NCBI GenBank assembly: GCA_963841435.1
Contig: CAWJCS010000003.1
Coordinates: 1,184,001-1,248,000 of the forward strand
Direction: 5' to 3'
DNA from: an uncultured delta proteobacterium
Lineage (GTDB): Bacteria; Myxococcota_A; Polyangia; Polyangiales; Polyangiaceae
Length of the DNA stretch: 64,000 nt
Shown here piece by piece: positions 1 to 10,448 of this stretch. Position numbers and translations under genes: made by a program. The notes below the pieces were generated by a model. It searched no databases. It was not told where the DNA came from and saw only the letters and a list, made by a program, of their open reading frames with translations. Position 1 is the stretch's first letter, and each line of letters starts with the position of its first letter.

Positions 1-1723
1 GTGCCGGGGGTGGATCCGCGCGTGGTGTGGGTGGCGCGTTTTCTCTTCCCCGGCGTCCTACTCTACGACAGCTCGCTGAGCGCCGGCATCGACCACATCG
101 GCGCGCTCTTCATGATCCCGGCGGCGCTCTGTCTCACGAGGGCCTGGCCTCGCCTCGACCCTCGCCCGACGCTGCTGCTCGCGTTGATGCTCGCGGCCGG
201 GCTGGTCGTGAAGGAAACCATCGCCCTCATGCTCCTGCCCGTCCCGGTCGCGACCGTGATCGCGCGCGCTCTCTTCCTTTTGGTTCAGGGCTTGCGGGGC
301 AAGGTCCAGCCGGGGCTCTTGCGAAACGCCTGGCGCTCGCCGCTCCTGGCCGCCGCGGTCGCCGTCCTCGCGACGGCGCCGCTCTGGCTCGAGAATCTGA
401 TCTGGTTCGGCGATCCACTCTACCCGACCCTGCATGCTTTCTTCTCGCCGCACCCCTGGTCGGCGAATGCGGCCTACCGCTTCCGCTGGGGCTACGAACA
501 AGCCCAGATGTGGGCCCCGGATCGCGACCTCGAGGGCGTGGCGCAGACGCTGCGCGCGCTCGTGACGTTCTCGTTCGAGCCTCACGATTGGAAGCGCTTC
601 CACAAGAGCGTGCCGGTGTTCGGCTCGCTGTTCACGCTGCTCTGCGCCGTTTTGCCGTTCTGCAAGGGCACGAAGCGCATCTGGGCGCTCGTCGGCTGGA
701 TCTACGTCGCGATCTTCGCCTGGTTCTCCGTGCACCATCAGGACCGCTACCTGCAGGGCCTCATGCCGCTCATGGCGAGCGCGACCGCGGCGACGATGGC
801 GCTCGTCTGGCGACAACATGGCACCGTCGTGCGCGGCGCGCTCTCGGCGCTCGTCGGCCTGCAGATCATCTGGGGCGGCGACGTGGCGTTCTTCCAGACG
901 CACGCCATGGCCCGCTCACCGCTGAAGAAGTCCATCGACCTCTTGAGCGCCGGCTTCGAGCATCGCTACGGCTCGCGCTTCAACATCCAGACGAGCTACC
1001 AGAACATCGGCAAGCGCCTGCCGCCCGGTGCGCGCGTGTTGATGCACGAAACCAACATCAATCTTGGCACGGGGCACACCACCGTGCTCGACAACCCCGG
1101 CTGGCAGTACGCCATCGAGTACGGCATGCAGAAGAGCCCCGCGGAGCTCCACGCGTTGCTCTCGAGCCTGGGCGTCACGCATCTTCACGCGCGCATCGAC
1201 AAGTCGAAGGGGACCGACAGCCTCGCCGGTGACATCCGCTTTTACGACTACCTGCGCCGCTACGCGCAAAACCCCGAGCGGCTCTCGAGCGGGCTGCTCG
1301 CGGAGCTCGGCGATGCTCCCGAAGGACCCTTCGACGACAGCGTCGCCATACTGAGCTGCGGGCACGACTACCAGCCGGGGCTCTACAAGGTTCTGGACCT
1401 CGCCACGCCGCCGTTCGGGCCGCGCATGGACGAGCTGCCCGAACCACGCACGCCCGCGACGCTGCCTGACGACACCCCGCGGCTCGTCCGCGAGGCCGAG
1501 TTCGTCGTGGTCAACCCCCGCTGCTTCGACGGCGGCGTTCCCGGGCTGCGCAGCGACCACTCGCTGCTCATCCGTCGCAACGGCTCGAAGGCGATGTCGT
1601 CCTACGAGATTCTGGGTCCGGGGCTCGCTCGAGCGGCCGGGACGGGAGCCAATCGGCGAGGATCGCGAACAGGACGACGACGTTCCGGGCGACGCGCCCG
1701 ACGAGGACGGGACGACGGAGTAA
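1..1723 (+). CDS. Polytopic membrane protein, GT-C/ArnT-like putative glycosyltransferase; 5'-partial, with an apparent +1 frameshift at about 1610
   Basis: Many TM segments with motifs 'NLIWFGDPLYP' and 'QDRYL'. Removing one T at 1610/1611 (GAGATTCTG to GAGATCTG) gives ...YEIWVRGSLE...DGTTE with TAA at 1721-1723, which removes a 220-bp overlap with the convergent gene. Confidence 0.65.
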
Positions 1724-1751
1724 CCCGCCGCGGAGCGCGGCTCGCGTCGGG

Positions 1752-2717
1752 TCAGGACGGCAGGCTCGTATCGGAGGCCGAAAGGGCACGCACGACGCCC
1801 CAGACGAGCACCTCCGCGACGAGCGAGGCTGCGCGCGAGATGACGACGGCGCCGAGCGCGCCGGCCGCACCGACGGACGGGGTGAGCCCAGCGAGCAGCA
1901 CGGCTTCGCGAACGCCGAGCCCGGCGGGCGCCGCGAGCACGACGAAGCCGGCGACCGACGCGATCACGTAAAAGCCCATCGCGGTCAGACCGGCGTCGGC
2001 GCTCGCGCCGAGCGCGCGGCTCAGGAGCAGGCCGTGCAGCGCGACGAGCGACCAGTAGCCGACCTGCACGAGCGGCACGAAAAGCGGCACCACGGGACCC
2101 TGCCCGCCCGGCGCGATGAGCAGCCGGACCCTGGCCGGGATGAAACGCCGGTCGAGCACGAGGAGCGCGACCAGGCCGAGCAGCGCCCCGACGAAGCCGG
2201 GCAGCGCGAGGCGACCGAGCACGCCACCGAGCCCCGCGTTCGGCGTGGTCACGGAGAGCACGGCGAAGCCGACCACGGCTCCCGTCGCCGTCCACGACAG
2301 CGACTCGACGAGCACGGACACGCCGACCAGCGTGCGCGTCAAGCCGATGCGCGGCGCACCCTCCATGCGCACGAGCGGCAAGCCCACCTTGCCGGGCGTG
2401 TAGCGCGCAAGCTGCGACAACAAGTAAAGCGCGAGCGAGCGCGTGCGCGGCACACGCCGGTCTGCCATGCGCTCGACCAGAACGATCCACGCCGTCCCCT
2501 GCACGAGGCACGAAAGCAGGAGCGGAATGCAGGCCACGACGGCGGCCCCCGGGGCGAGCGTGACGCTGCTGCCTTCCCAGCTCGTAACGAGGTCGCGCGC
2601 GGCCAGAACCACGAACGCGGCCGCGAGCACGTTCATCACGGGCCGGAGCCAGCGCTTGAACTTGCCGGCCTGCGCCACCGCGTCGAGCGGGACGTCGTTT
2701 TCGGGCGTGCCGTTCAT
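1752..2717 (-). CDS. Lysylphosphatidylglycerol synthase TM-domain (flippase-like, UPF0104) protein
   Basis: Motifs 'SQLARYTPGKV' and 'APAGLGVREA'; about 8 hydrophobic segments. Confidence 0.8.
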   Translation of the reverse strand: MNGTPENDVPLDAVAQAGKFKRWLRPVMNVLAAAFVVLAARDLVTSWEGSSVTLAPGAAVVACIPLLLSCLVQGTAWIVLVERMADRRVPRTRSLALYLLSQLARYTPGKVGLPLVRMEGAPRIGLTRTLVGVSVLVESLSWTATGAVVGFAVLSVTTPNAGLGGVLGRLALPGFVGALLGLVALLVLDRRFIPARVRLLIAPGGQGPVVPLFVPLVQVGYWSLVALHGLLLSRALGASADAGLTAMGFYVIASVAGFVVLAAPAGLGVREAVLLAGLTPSVGAAGALGAVVISRAASLVAEVLVWGVVRALSASDTSLPS

Positions 2718-2729
2718 GGCCGTGCTGGG

Positions 2730-4982
2730 TCAGAGACCCCAGTCGTCCAGCAGCTGAGCGTTGCCCTCGGTGGAATAGCCCTTCTTCATGAGCGCAAAAT
2801 CGCCGACGCGCCGGAAAACCCCGTAGCGCCCCGACTCGAGAGCCTCCTTCATCGTCGGTCGCGTTTTCGAGAGCTTGAGCTCACGGCTCGAGCCCAAGAT
2901 CCATTCGGCCCACTGGGGCCCGCCGCGCATGGAGAAGAAGTTCACGCGCGAGGACAGGTGCGGGCCGACCTTCTCGGTCGCGGCAACCGGCGCGTCCGGC
3001 GGAATGCTCGTGATGATCTCCATCAGCTCGTCGTGACGGGCGCGCTCCTCGTCGCTTAGCGTGAACTCGATGCGGTTGAATCCGGCCTTGAAGCTGCCCT
3101 CTCGACGCGCAAAAGCTCCATAGTTGTAGGAGAGCACGATCGTGGACGCGGCCATGGCGGCGATGGCGGCGTGCGAGCGCACGACGCCTTCTGGGCCCGT
3201 CGCGCGAATCGCCGCAAGAGCGAGGGCGCTCGCCATGAAAAGGTAGGGGGCCCAATGCATGATGTAGTGGAAGGAAAACGTCACGGGCGGGTCGTAATTC
3301 GTGACGAGCAGCGTGAGAAAGCCTCCCGGGACGAGCGCCGCCCAGAGGTACCAGCGCCTGAGCGGCAGGAACACGATCGGCAACAAGAGGTGCAGAAGGT
3401 AGAGGATCTTCTTCTCGACGATCACCTTGTCGAGCACGAACATGGGATTGGTGACGAGCGTTTTGATGACGCTGCGGAAGCCGCGCTCCCCGTCCGCCCA
3501 CAGGTCCTTGTACATGTTCGGGAACCACCAACTGCCGGCCTGCTCCATCACGTAGAATCGGAGGAAGCAGAAGTAGCTCGTCGCCACACAGGCGATCACG
3601 AGGCCGGGCAGCGGGCGATAACCCGTGAGCAAAAGGAAGACGCCGAATACGGCGATGCCGATGGCGACGTCCTCGCGCATGAGCAGCGCTGCGGCGACGG
3701 CGAATGCGAGCACGCGGTAGCGCTTCGCGTCCGCCGCCCAGACCGACAAGAACACGAAGAAGGCCGCGACGGGCAGCGCCTGGAACTCGGAGAAGCTCGC
3801 CCCGTGAAGCGGGTAATACGAGAGGTAGCAAAGGCTCACGAAGACGGCGATCCACTCGGGCACGTGGCGCTTCGCGAACGCGAACAACGGGAGCGCCCCG
3901 AAACCGACGAAAAAAGACTGGAGCACGAGCAGCGTCTCGGGCCGCGGCACGAGCGCGTAGATCGGCAGGAACAGGTAGGCGCCGAACTTGGCGTGGTTCG
4001 CGAGGTACTTCGGCGGTTCCTTGGGAAAGACCACGGGGCTTTCGAGGAAGTGGCCGTGAAGGCCGCCGTACATCAGGTTGTTGTTGATCGAGAGATCGTA
4101 GTTTCCCGTTCTCAGTTTGTAGTGCCAGCGGAGCGTGTAAAAACTGAAGAACGCTGCGTAGCCGAGCGCTGCGATCACCACGGTCGCGAGGGCGCCGTGT
4201 CGCCGCGCGATGGGGGGGATCTGGGCGAACGCTTCCTCGAACCAGGCGGCCACGCTCGCCGGTACGTTCGAGAGCGACTGGACCGCCAGTCGCTCGAAGA
4301 TCACGACGAGGAAGAGCAGGGCCGGCAGCAGCGCGTCGTAGCGGCTCACCCAGATCCGAGCGCGGAACATCAGGGGAACGAACGGCAGGAGCACGAGCGG
4401 GGACAAAAACCAGGCCCAGCGCTCCACAATCGCGAGATCGAGGCCACGGCGCTGCCGGAAGAAGAGCACGCCTGCGCCAACGAGCGCGCCGGCCACGAGC
4501 CCGACGCCGAACATCGTGATGAGCGGCTGGCGCTGGCCCGGCTCGAGCGTGTTCTCGAGCACGAAGGTGTCGAGCCACGGCGCGCGGAACGCAACCTGCG
4601 TCCATGACGCGACGGCGGCCCCGATCAGGGTCGAGATCAAGATGACGCGGGCGCTCAGCGTGAAGAGCGCATCACGCGCCGAGGCGTCGAGCGGCATCGA
4701 CCGAGCGCGACTCGGCATAGCCGGAGTCGAGACGGCGGGGGCGTCGGCTTCGGGTGCCGTCGTCTCGGGCGGGGAGTCCGGGCGCGCGTCCTCGATGGGG
4801 GGCGTGCCCTGCGCGCCGGGATCGCCGGTCGTGACCCCGGCGTCACCCCCACCCTCGAAAGCCACGGGTGCGGCGCCGACGGAGCCTTCGGTGCTCGACG
4901 CACCTTCGCCGTCCGGAGCGGGCTCGGCCGGCTCGGAGGGTGCGCTGGGGCGGGTGCTGCGGACCTCCTCGGAGCCGCTCAT
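2730..4982 (-). CDS. DUF2079-family membrane protein (putative GT-C glycosyltransferase)
   Basis: Motifs 'NYDLSINNNL', 'YLANH', 'PETLLVLQS', 'MREDVA', 'FHY'. Start placed at ATG 4982 because the ORF-track extension is the antisense of the 5061 gene. Confidence 0.75.
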   Translation of the reverse strand: MSGSEEVRSTRPSAPSEPAEPAPDGEGASSTEGSVGAAPVAFEGGGDAGVTTGDPGAQGTPPIEDARPDSPPETTAPEADAPAVSTPAMPSRARSMPLDASARDALFTLSARVILISTLIGAAVASWTQVAFRAPWLDTFVLENTLEPGQRQPLITMFGVGLVAGALVGAGVLFFRQRRGLDLAIVERWAWFLSPLVLLPFVPLMFRARIWVSRYDALLPALLFLVVIFERLAVQSLSNVPASVAAWFEEAFAQIPPIARRHGALATVVIAALGYAAFFSFYTLRWHYKLRTGNYDLSINNNLMYGGLHGHFLESPVVFPKEPPKYLANHAKFGAYLFLPIYALVPRPETLLVLQSFFVGFGALPLFAFAKRHVPEWIAVFVSLCYLSYYPLHGASFSEFQALPVAAFFVFLSVWAADAKRYRVLAFAVAAALLMREDVAIGIAVFGVFLLLTGYRPLPGLVIACVATSYFCFLRFYVMEQAGSWWFPNMYKDLWADGERGFRSVIKTLVTNPMFVLDKVIVEKKILYLLHLLLPIVFLPLRRWYLWAALVPGGFLTLLVTNYDPPVTFSFHYIMHWAPYLFMASALALAAIRATGPEGVVRSHAAIAAMAASTIVLSYNYGAFARREGSFKAGFNRIEFTLSDEERARHDELMEIITSIPPDAPVAATEKVGPHLSSRVNFFSMRGGPQWAEWILGSSRELKLSKTRPTMKEALESGRYGVFRRVGDFALMKKGYSTEGNAQLLDDWGL

Positions 4983-5060
4983 CGTCGCCCGTACTACATC
5001 AAAGCCGGGCCGCGGGCGAACCACGGGAGGACGCACACGGGCCTTCGTGCTACGAAGAAC

Positions 5061-5822
5061 ATGATGCGTTGGGCGGTGCTGGTTTCGCTGGCGTTCTCTG
5101 CCGCGGTGGGGTGCGGCGGGCGTTCCGACTACTTCGACGAGGGCGTGGGCGGCACCTTCGGGACGGGTGGAAGCGGGGGCAAGGGTGGCTCCAGCGTCGG
5201 CGGCTCCAGCGTCGGCGGCTCCAGCGTCGGCGGCTCTAGCGTCGGCGGCTCTAGCGTCGGCGGCTCTAGCGTCGGCGGCTCCAGCGTCGGTGGCTCCAGC
5301 GTCGGTGGCGTCGGGGGGGCAGGGGGCAGCATCGGTGGCGTGGGTGGCGCGTTTGGCGGCAGCGGCGGCACCGGTGGCGTCAGCGCCTCCGGGGGAACCG
5401 GCGGCTCGGCGGTGGGAGGCGCCGGCGGCGTCGGCGGCTCGTTCGGCGGCAAGGGCGGCACCGGTGGCGTCGGCGGTTCGTTCGGCGGCACGGCAGGCTC
5501 CGCGGGCAAGGGCGGCACCGGCGGCACGGGAGGCTCCGCGGGCAAGGGCGGCACCGGCGGCTCCGCGGGCGCATCGCCCGGCGCCTGCCTCGACTGTCTC
5601 AACAGTACCTGCCCGGAGGCACAGCAGTGCTTCAGCAACACCGTCTGCGTCAACGGCATCATCTGCGGGCTCGGCGCTTGCCCGGGGCTCCAGGGTAGCG
5701 AGGCCATCGACTGCTGGATTGAGTGCTTCGGGGGAGACACCGGTCTCGCATTCACCGCCATCGGGGCCGCGCTCTGCCTGGGTGAGAACTGTTCGTCGGT
5801 CTGCTCGGGCTTTGGGCCGTAG
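5061..5822 (+). CDS. Gly/Ser-rich lipoprotein with a Cys-rich C-terminal domain
   Basis: Signal with lipobox 'AVGC', long G/S/T linker, and about 10 Cys in the last 80 aa; a typical myxobacterial architecture. Confidence 0.8.
   Translation: MMRWAVLVSLAFSAAVGCGGRSDYFDEGVGGTFGTGGSGGKGGSSVGGSSVGGSSVGGSSVGGSSVGGSSVGGSSVGGSSVGGVGGAGGSIGGVGGAFGGSGGTGGVSASGGTGGSAVGGAGGVGGSFGGKGGTGGVGGSFGGTAGSAGKGGTGGTGGSAGKGGTGGSAGASPGACLDCLNSTCPEAQQCFSNTVCVNGIICGLGACPGLQGSEAIDCWIECFGGDTGLAFTAIGAALCLGENCSSVCSGFGP
5184..5303 (+). repeat. 15-bp tandem repeat x8 (GGYGGCTCYAGCGTC), encoding GGSSV
   Basis: Directly visible; in frame in the lipoprotein gene. Confidence 0.95.
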
Positions 5823-5826
5823 CGTC

Positions 5827-8800
5827 GTGACGCGTGCTCGCCTCGGGCTGCTCACCGCCGCCCTGGTGCTCGCCGGGTCGAGCCCGCTCTACGCGCAGTT
5901 CAATCCCGCTGGCCGCACGAAGAAGCCCCGCCCGACGCCCGCACCGGCGCACCGAGCCAGGCCGGCCCCCGGAAAGCCCACCAAGCCCGCCGCACCGGCA
6001 AAGCCCGTCGCGGACAAGGGTCCCGGACGCGAAGCGCTCATGGCGCGCTATCTCGGCGCCGCGCTGGCGCAACCCGGCGCCGAATTTCCGCTACAGCGCC
6101 TCGCCGAGCTCTACCGCGAGCGCGACGGCAACCTCGACGCGCTGATCGTCGAGCTCGAGCGGCGCGCCAACGGCTCCCCCGACGACCGATACGCCGCCCT
6201 GTTAGCGCTCGCCGGTGTCGAGAGCCTCGAAGGCCACGTCGATCGAGCGCTTTCGAGCTACGCCCGCGCGAGCACCGAGCGCCCCAAGAGCCCGGCCGCG
6301 GAGCTTGCCATCGCTCGCCTCCTCGAGCGACGCGGCGACCGCGCCGAGGCGCGCGAGCATTTCGCGGCGGCTCTCGAGCGCACGCAGGAGGACGCTGAGC
6401 GCGAGCAGATCCTGCGCTCGCTACGCGGCCTGTCGCTCGATCTGGGCGATCAGGCGGCCGCCGTGCGCTACCACGAGGAGCTCGTGAAGCGCGCCCACGG
6501 CTCGTTCTTCGTGCGCGCCGAGCTCGGGCGCGATCTGTTGGCGCGCGGGGAGAACCAGCTCGCCGTCGACGAGCTGCGCAAGGTCGTGAACGCGGCGAGC
6601 GGCGACAACCGGGTGCTCGCGCCCGCGCTCAGGGACCTCGGGCTTGCGCTGTCGCGCGCTGGCCGGAGACAGGAGGCGCTCGTCGAGCTCGAACGGGCGC
6701 TCACCGTCGCTGGGGCGAGCGCGGGGGTGCGGCGCGAGGTCTACCAGGCGATGACCGAGGTTTACCGCGCCGACGACCGCGTTCCGGAGCTCGTCGCACG
6801 GCTCGAGAGGTCGGGGGCGCGCGGCGCCGAAGAGCTCCGCCTGCTCGGAAGCCTGTACGAGGAGGGAGGCCAGATCGACAAGGCGCTCGCCACGTACCGG
6901 CGCGTGCTCGCGCTCGAGCCGAGTGACGTTTCGACGCACCTCAAGGTGGTGAGCCTGCTCGAGGCACAGGGTGCGCTCGAAAAGGCCATCGCCGAGTACG
7001 AGTCCTTGATTCGCGCTGCTCCGCGAAACCCCGAATACGTGTTCCGGCTCGTGGGCGCGCTCCTGCAGCGCGGTGACCGCGCGCGGGCCCTCCGGGAGCT
7101 CGCCGAGCTCGAAGCACGCTCCGGCAACGACGAGGACGTGCTCTCGGCGCTCGTCGAATACTACGAGCGCATCGGAGAAAAGGAGCGGAGCGTGGCCCTG
7201 CTCGAGCGAGTCGCGGCGTCGTCGACGCGCGATCCGCAGCATCTCGTGGAGCTTGGCACGCGCTACTTCGCCGCGGGTGACAAGGCACGCGCACGCGCCA
7301 CGTGGCAGCGCATCCGTCAAGTCGGCAGCGATCGCGTGAAGGCGCTGCTCACGCTGGGCGAGGTCCTGATGGAGCACGACCTCGTCAAGGAGGCGCTCGA
7401 GGCGCTGAGCGAGGCCACCAAGCTCGAGCCCGGTCCATCGCGAGCCCAGCGCGCCTATGCGCTCGGACTGGAAAGGGCCGGCGGCGGCGCGGCGACGCCC
7501 GAAGCCCGCCGCGCGCTCCACGACCAGGCGCTCGCGCTGTGGGAAAAACTCCTGCGCGAGGGCGGTGACAAGCCGGAGCTCGCGCGCGAGGCGCGCCAGC
7601 ACATCGTGACGCTGTGGGGGCTGCGTGGCCAGCTCGCGCAGCGCATGACGGGGCTCTTGAAGCGCTTCGCCCAGGACCCGCCGGATCTCGACGCGGGGCG
7701 ACTGCTTTCGGAAGCCGAAATTCGCCTCCGGCGCCACGCCGACGCCGAGCGCACGCTGCACAAGCTCATCGAACGGGCGCCGGGCGACCAGGAATCGCTC
7801 GAACGGCTCGAGCGCGTGCTCGTGCTCGAGCGCAAGCTCGGAGACGCCATCACGGTGCTCGAGCGGCTCGTCGCGCTCGAGCCCAAGCGCGCGCGCGAAT
7901 ACTACCAGCGCATGGCCGAGTACTCGGCCGAGCTGTACCGCGACGACGATGCGATCCGCTACGCCGCGCGCGCCGTCGAGCTCGGGCCCGACGACGCGGA
8001 CGGGCACGCGAAGCTCGGCCGCATGTACCGCCGGCGCCAGCAGAACGACAAGGCCATCGTCGAGCTTAGGCTCGCCATCTCGAAGAACGACCGAGCGTTC
8101 CCCGTGTACCTCGAGCTCTCCGAGCTGCTCGTCGAGAGCGGGCAGCTCGACGAGGCGGACTTGCTGCTGCGTCGGGTGATACGGGCCTCGCCCGACGAGG
8201 AGCTCGTCGTTCGCGCGGCGCGCCTCTCGATCCAGCTGAATCTCGGCCGCGGGACGCTGGAATCGCTCGAGCGCGACATCCTGCCGCTCGCGCTCGGCAA
8301 CCCGGAGCGCCCGATTTACCGACGTCTGCTGGTCGAAATCTACGGCACCCTCGCGTACCCGCTCGTGCACCGCGCACGGACCGGCTCGCCCGAGGAGGCA
8401 GCCCGGGCGCGTGCCGCACTCGAGAGCATCGGCGAGCGCGCCGTCAAACCGCTGCTCGACGCGCTCGGGGACGAGCGGGCAACGCAGCAGCAGGTAGCGA
8501 TCACCCTGCTCTCCCACGTCGGCACGCGCGCCGCCGGACCCGCGCTCGTTGCCTACGCGAACGGCTCCGCGGACGCCGACCTGCGCACGCGCGCCATGAT
8601 CGCGGCGGGCACGCTCGGCGACCCCTCGCTCCTGCCCCGCTTCAAGGCATTGCTCGCACCCGACGATCGGTTGCGCTCGGACTACTCCGACCCCGTGACC
8701 ACCGCCACGGCTTGGGCGGTCGCGCGCCTCGGCTCGGCCACGGCCAAACCCCTGCTCACGAGCTTGCTCGCGACGGACGCGCCGAGCCTGCGCGCGCTCG

Positions 8801-9897
8801 GCGCGATCGGGCTCGGCCTCGTGCACGACACCGCGTCGCTGCCAGCGCTCACGCGCCTCGCACGCTCCACCGACAGCGGCAACGTCGCGCGCGCGGCGGC
8901 GGCGAGGGCGCTCGGCATGCTGGGCGCGCGCAGCGAAACCGAGCTGCTCGCCGAGCTTGCGCACGCTCCGGACGCGATCCTGCGCGGCAGCGCCCTGCTC
9001 GCGCTGGCCGAGCTCAAGGCGCCCGAGGCGCCCCCCGCCATCGCGGAAGCGCTGCTCGACGACGATCCGGAGCTCCGCTCCGTCGCTGCGCTCGCGGCCG
9101 CCGCGACCTTCACTCAGAGCTACCGCGCGCCGCCCGATCCGTTGCCCCCGCCGGACGCGCGCGTCGACGCAAAGGAAGTGCTCCGCTCGATGCGACCAGG
9201 CCCCTACTCCGAGTCGGAACGCGTCGGCGCCCTCGAGCGACTCGCCCCGGAGCTCTCGCGGGCGGCAAGCTCGCTTGCGCTGAGCTCCCCGGAGCGCGCG
9301 CAGTCGGTCGTCGAGGCACTCGGTCTGGGTCGAGGACAGAACCCGGTCCCGGCGCTCGTCGGAGACGTGACGGGTGCGAATCGCGAGCGAGCAACCAAGG
9401 TCGTCGGCTCCATCGCGAGCACGCTCGTTCCGGTACTCGCGCCGCTTTCGACGCACCCGTACGCCGCGGTGCGCATCGCGGCCGTCGAGTTCCTGGGACA
9501 GCGACCGGAACCCGCCGCGAGGGACGCGCTGTTGCGCGCGCTCGACGATGCCGACTCGAGCGTGCGCCGGGCGACCGTGAGCTCGCTCGCCACCGCCGAC
9601 GAGCGCCTCGCTACCGCCGTCGCGGGGCGCCTCTCGGTCGAGCCCGACTGGGGCCTGCGCGTCGCGCTGTCGGAAGCACTCGCCCGCGTGGGAAGCGCCG
9701 CGCCTGCCGCCGCGATCAGCGCGCTCTCGCGCACCGTCGAGAAGGACGAATACGCGCTCGTGCGGGAAGCCGCAGCGCGGGCCATCCACGCCGTCGATCC
9801 GGTCGCGGCGCGGCCGCTGCTCGAGCGCGTGGGCAGGCAAGACGCCGAGCCCCGTGTTAGAGAAACCGCGTGGAAGCTCCTCGACGGCTCCCCCTGA
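5827..9897 (+). CDS. Large exported TPR-repeat plus HEAT-repeat protein
   Basis: GTG at 5827 gives a signal peptide (..LYA/QFNP) and a Pro-rich linker, then many TPR-like helices, then HEAT repeats ('LDDADSSVRRA', 'DAEPRVRETA'). Confidence 0.8.
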   Translation: MTRARLGLLTAALVLAGSSPLYAQFNPAGRTKKPRPTPAPAHRARPAPGKPTKPAAPAKPVADKGPGREALMARYLGAALAQPGAEFPLQRLAELYRERDGNLDALIVELERRANGSPDDRYAALLALAGVESLEGHVDRALSSYARASTERPKSPAAELAIARLLERRGDRAEAREHFAAALERTQEDAEREQILRSLRGLSLDLGDQAAAVRYHEELVKRAHGSFFVRAELGRDLLARGENQLAVDELRKVVNAASGDNRVLAPALRDLGLALSRAGRRQEALVELERALTVAGASAGVRREVYQAMTEVYRADDRVPELVARLERSGARGAEELRLLGSLYEEGGQIDKALATYRRVLALEPSDVSTHLKVVSLLEAQGALEKAIAEYESLIRAAPRNPEYVFRLVGALLQRGDRARALRELAELEARSGNDEDVLSALVEYYERIGEKERSVALLERVAASSTRDPQHLVELGTRYFAAGDKARARATWQRIRQVGSDRVKALLTLGEVLMEHDLVKEALEALSEATKLEPGPSRAQRAYALGLERAGGGAATPEARRALHDQALALWEKLLREGGDKPELAREARQHIVTLWGLRGQLAQRMTGLLKRFAQDPPDLDAGRLLSEAEIRLRRHADAERTLHKLIERAPGDQESLERLERVLVLERKLGDAITVLERLVALEPKRAREYYQRMAEYSAELYRDDDAIRYAARAVELGPDDADGHAKLGRMYRRRQQNDKAIVELRLAISKNDRAFPVYLELSELLVESGQLDEADLLLRRVIRASPDEELVVRAARLSIQLNLGRGTLESLERDILPLALGNPERPIYRRLLVEIYGTLAYPLVHRARTGSPEEAARARAALESIGERAVKPLLDALGDERATQQQVAITLLSHVGTRAAGPALVAYANGSADADLRTRAMIAAGTLGDPSLLPRFKALLAPDDRLRSDYSDPVTTATAWAVARLGSATAKPLLTSLLATDAPSLRALGAIGLGLVHDTASLPALTRLARSTDSGNVARAAAARALGMLGARSETELLAELAHAPDAILRGSALLALAELKAPEAPPAIAEALLDDDPELRSVAALAAAATFTQSYRAPPDPLPPPDARVDAKEVLRSMRPGPYSESERVGALERLAPELSRAASSLALSSPERAQSVVEALGLGRGQNPVPALVGDVTGANRERATKVVGSIASTLVPVLAPLSTHPYAAVRIAAVEFLGQRPEPAARDALLRALDDADSSVRRATVSSLATADERLATAVAGRLSVEPDWGLRVALSEALARVGSAAPAAAISALSRTVEKDEYALVREAAARAIHAVDPVAARPLLERVGRQDAEPRVRETAWKLLDGSP

Positions 9898-10430
9898 GCG
9901 TGATCTCGGCCGCGCTCGGCCTTGCCCTCTTTGCCTGCCGCTCGCTCGAGCGATTCGACACGGAGCCGCCCGCCGCGTACTGCGGCTCGCTCGTGGGCGC
10001 ACCGCTCTTTCACGAGGGGTTCGTCCCCACCGGAGCGCCACCGAGCCTGAGCCTGGAGCTCGAGCTCGACACGAACTCGTTCACGACGCGCCCCGGCACA
10101 CTGACCTCGAACGACCGCACGACGGGGTTCTGCAGCGACAAGGGTCGCCCCCTGTTCGAAGGAGCCTCGCTGCGCGCTATCCCGCAGCTTTCGAACGACG
10201 CGCTGTCGCAGGCCGATTTCGGCGAGGGGCACGACCACGATTTTTTCGCGTGGGTGGACTCGACGTGCCAGGGCACGATGCTCGCCGTCGTGTCCCTATT
10301 GAAGAATGGAGACGTCGAGGTGCGGCTGCTCAAGCCCGCCCCCGATCCGCCGCCGAGCGCCGGCCCCGAAAGGCAGCCGGGCTTCGCGCTCTTCTACCTC
10401 GTGCGCCACGAAACTGGCTGCAACTTCTGA
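9870..10430 (+). CDS. Hypothetical lipoprotein
   Basis: Lipobox 'LFAC'; overlaps the upstream stop. The start could alternatively be GTG 9900. Confidence 0.65.
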   Translation: MEAPRRLPLSVISAALGLALFACRSLERFDTEPPAAYCGSLVGAPLFHEGFVPTGAPPSLSLELELDTNSFTTRPGTLTSNDRTTGFCSDKGRPLFEGASLRAIPQLSNDALSQADFGEGHDHDFFAWVDSTCQGTMLAVVSLLKNGDVEVRLLKPAPDPPPSAGPERQPGFALFYLVRHETGCNF

Positions 10431-10448
10431 CGAGACCCTGCGACGCGC

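Noticed and set aside
5184-5303. Regular short repeats as a possible CRISPR array
   Set aside because: They are head-to-tail 15-mers with no spacers, in frame in a Gly-rich linker, and there are no cas genes.
2730-5855. 1041-aa ORF as a single giant protein
   Set aside because: The N-terminal about 290 aa are the antisense of the lipoprotein gene; the probable start is 4982.
6421-10041. Very long antisense and alternate-frame ORFs (e.g. 6421-10041 -, 43342-45780 -, 27160-28947 +, 59677-61410 +)
   Set aside because: These are shadow ORFs typical of high-GC DNA: Arg/Ala-rich, without motifs, and opposite well-supported genes.
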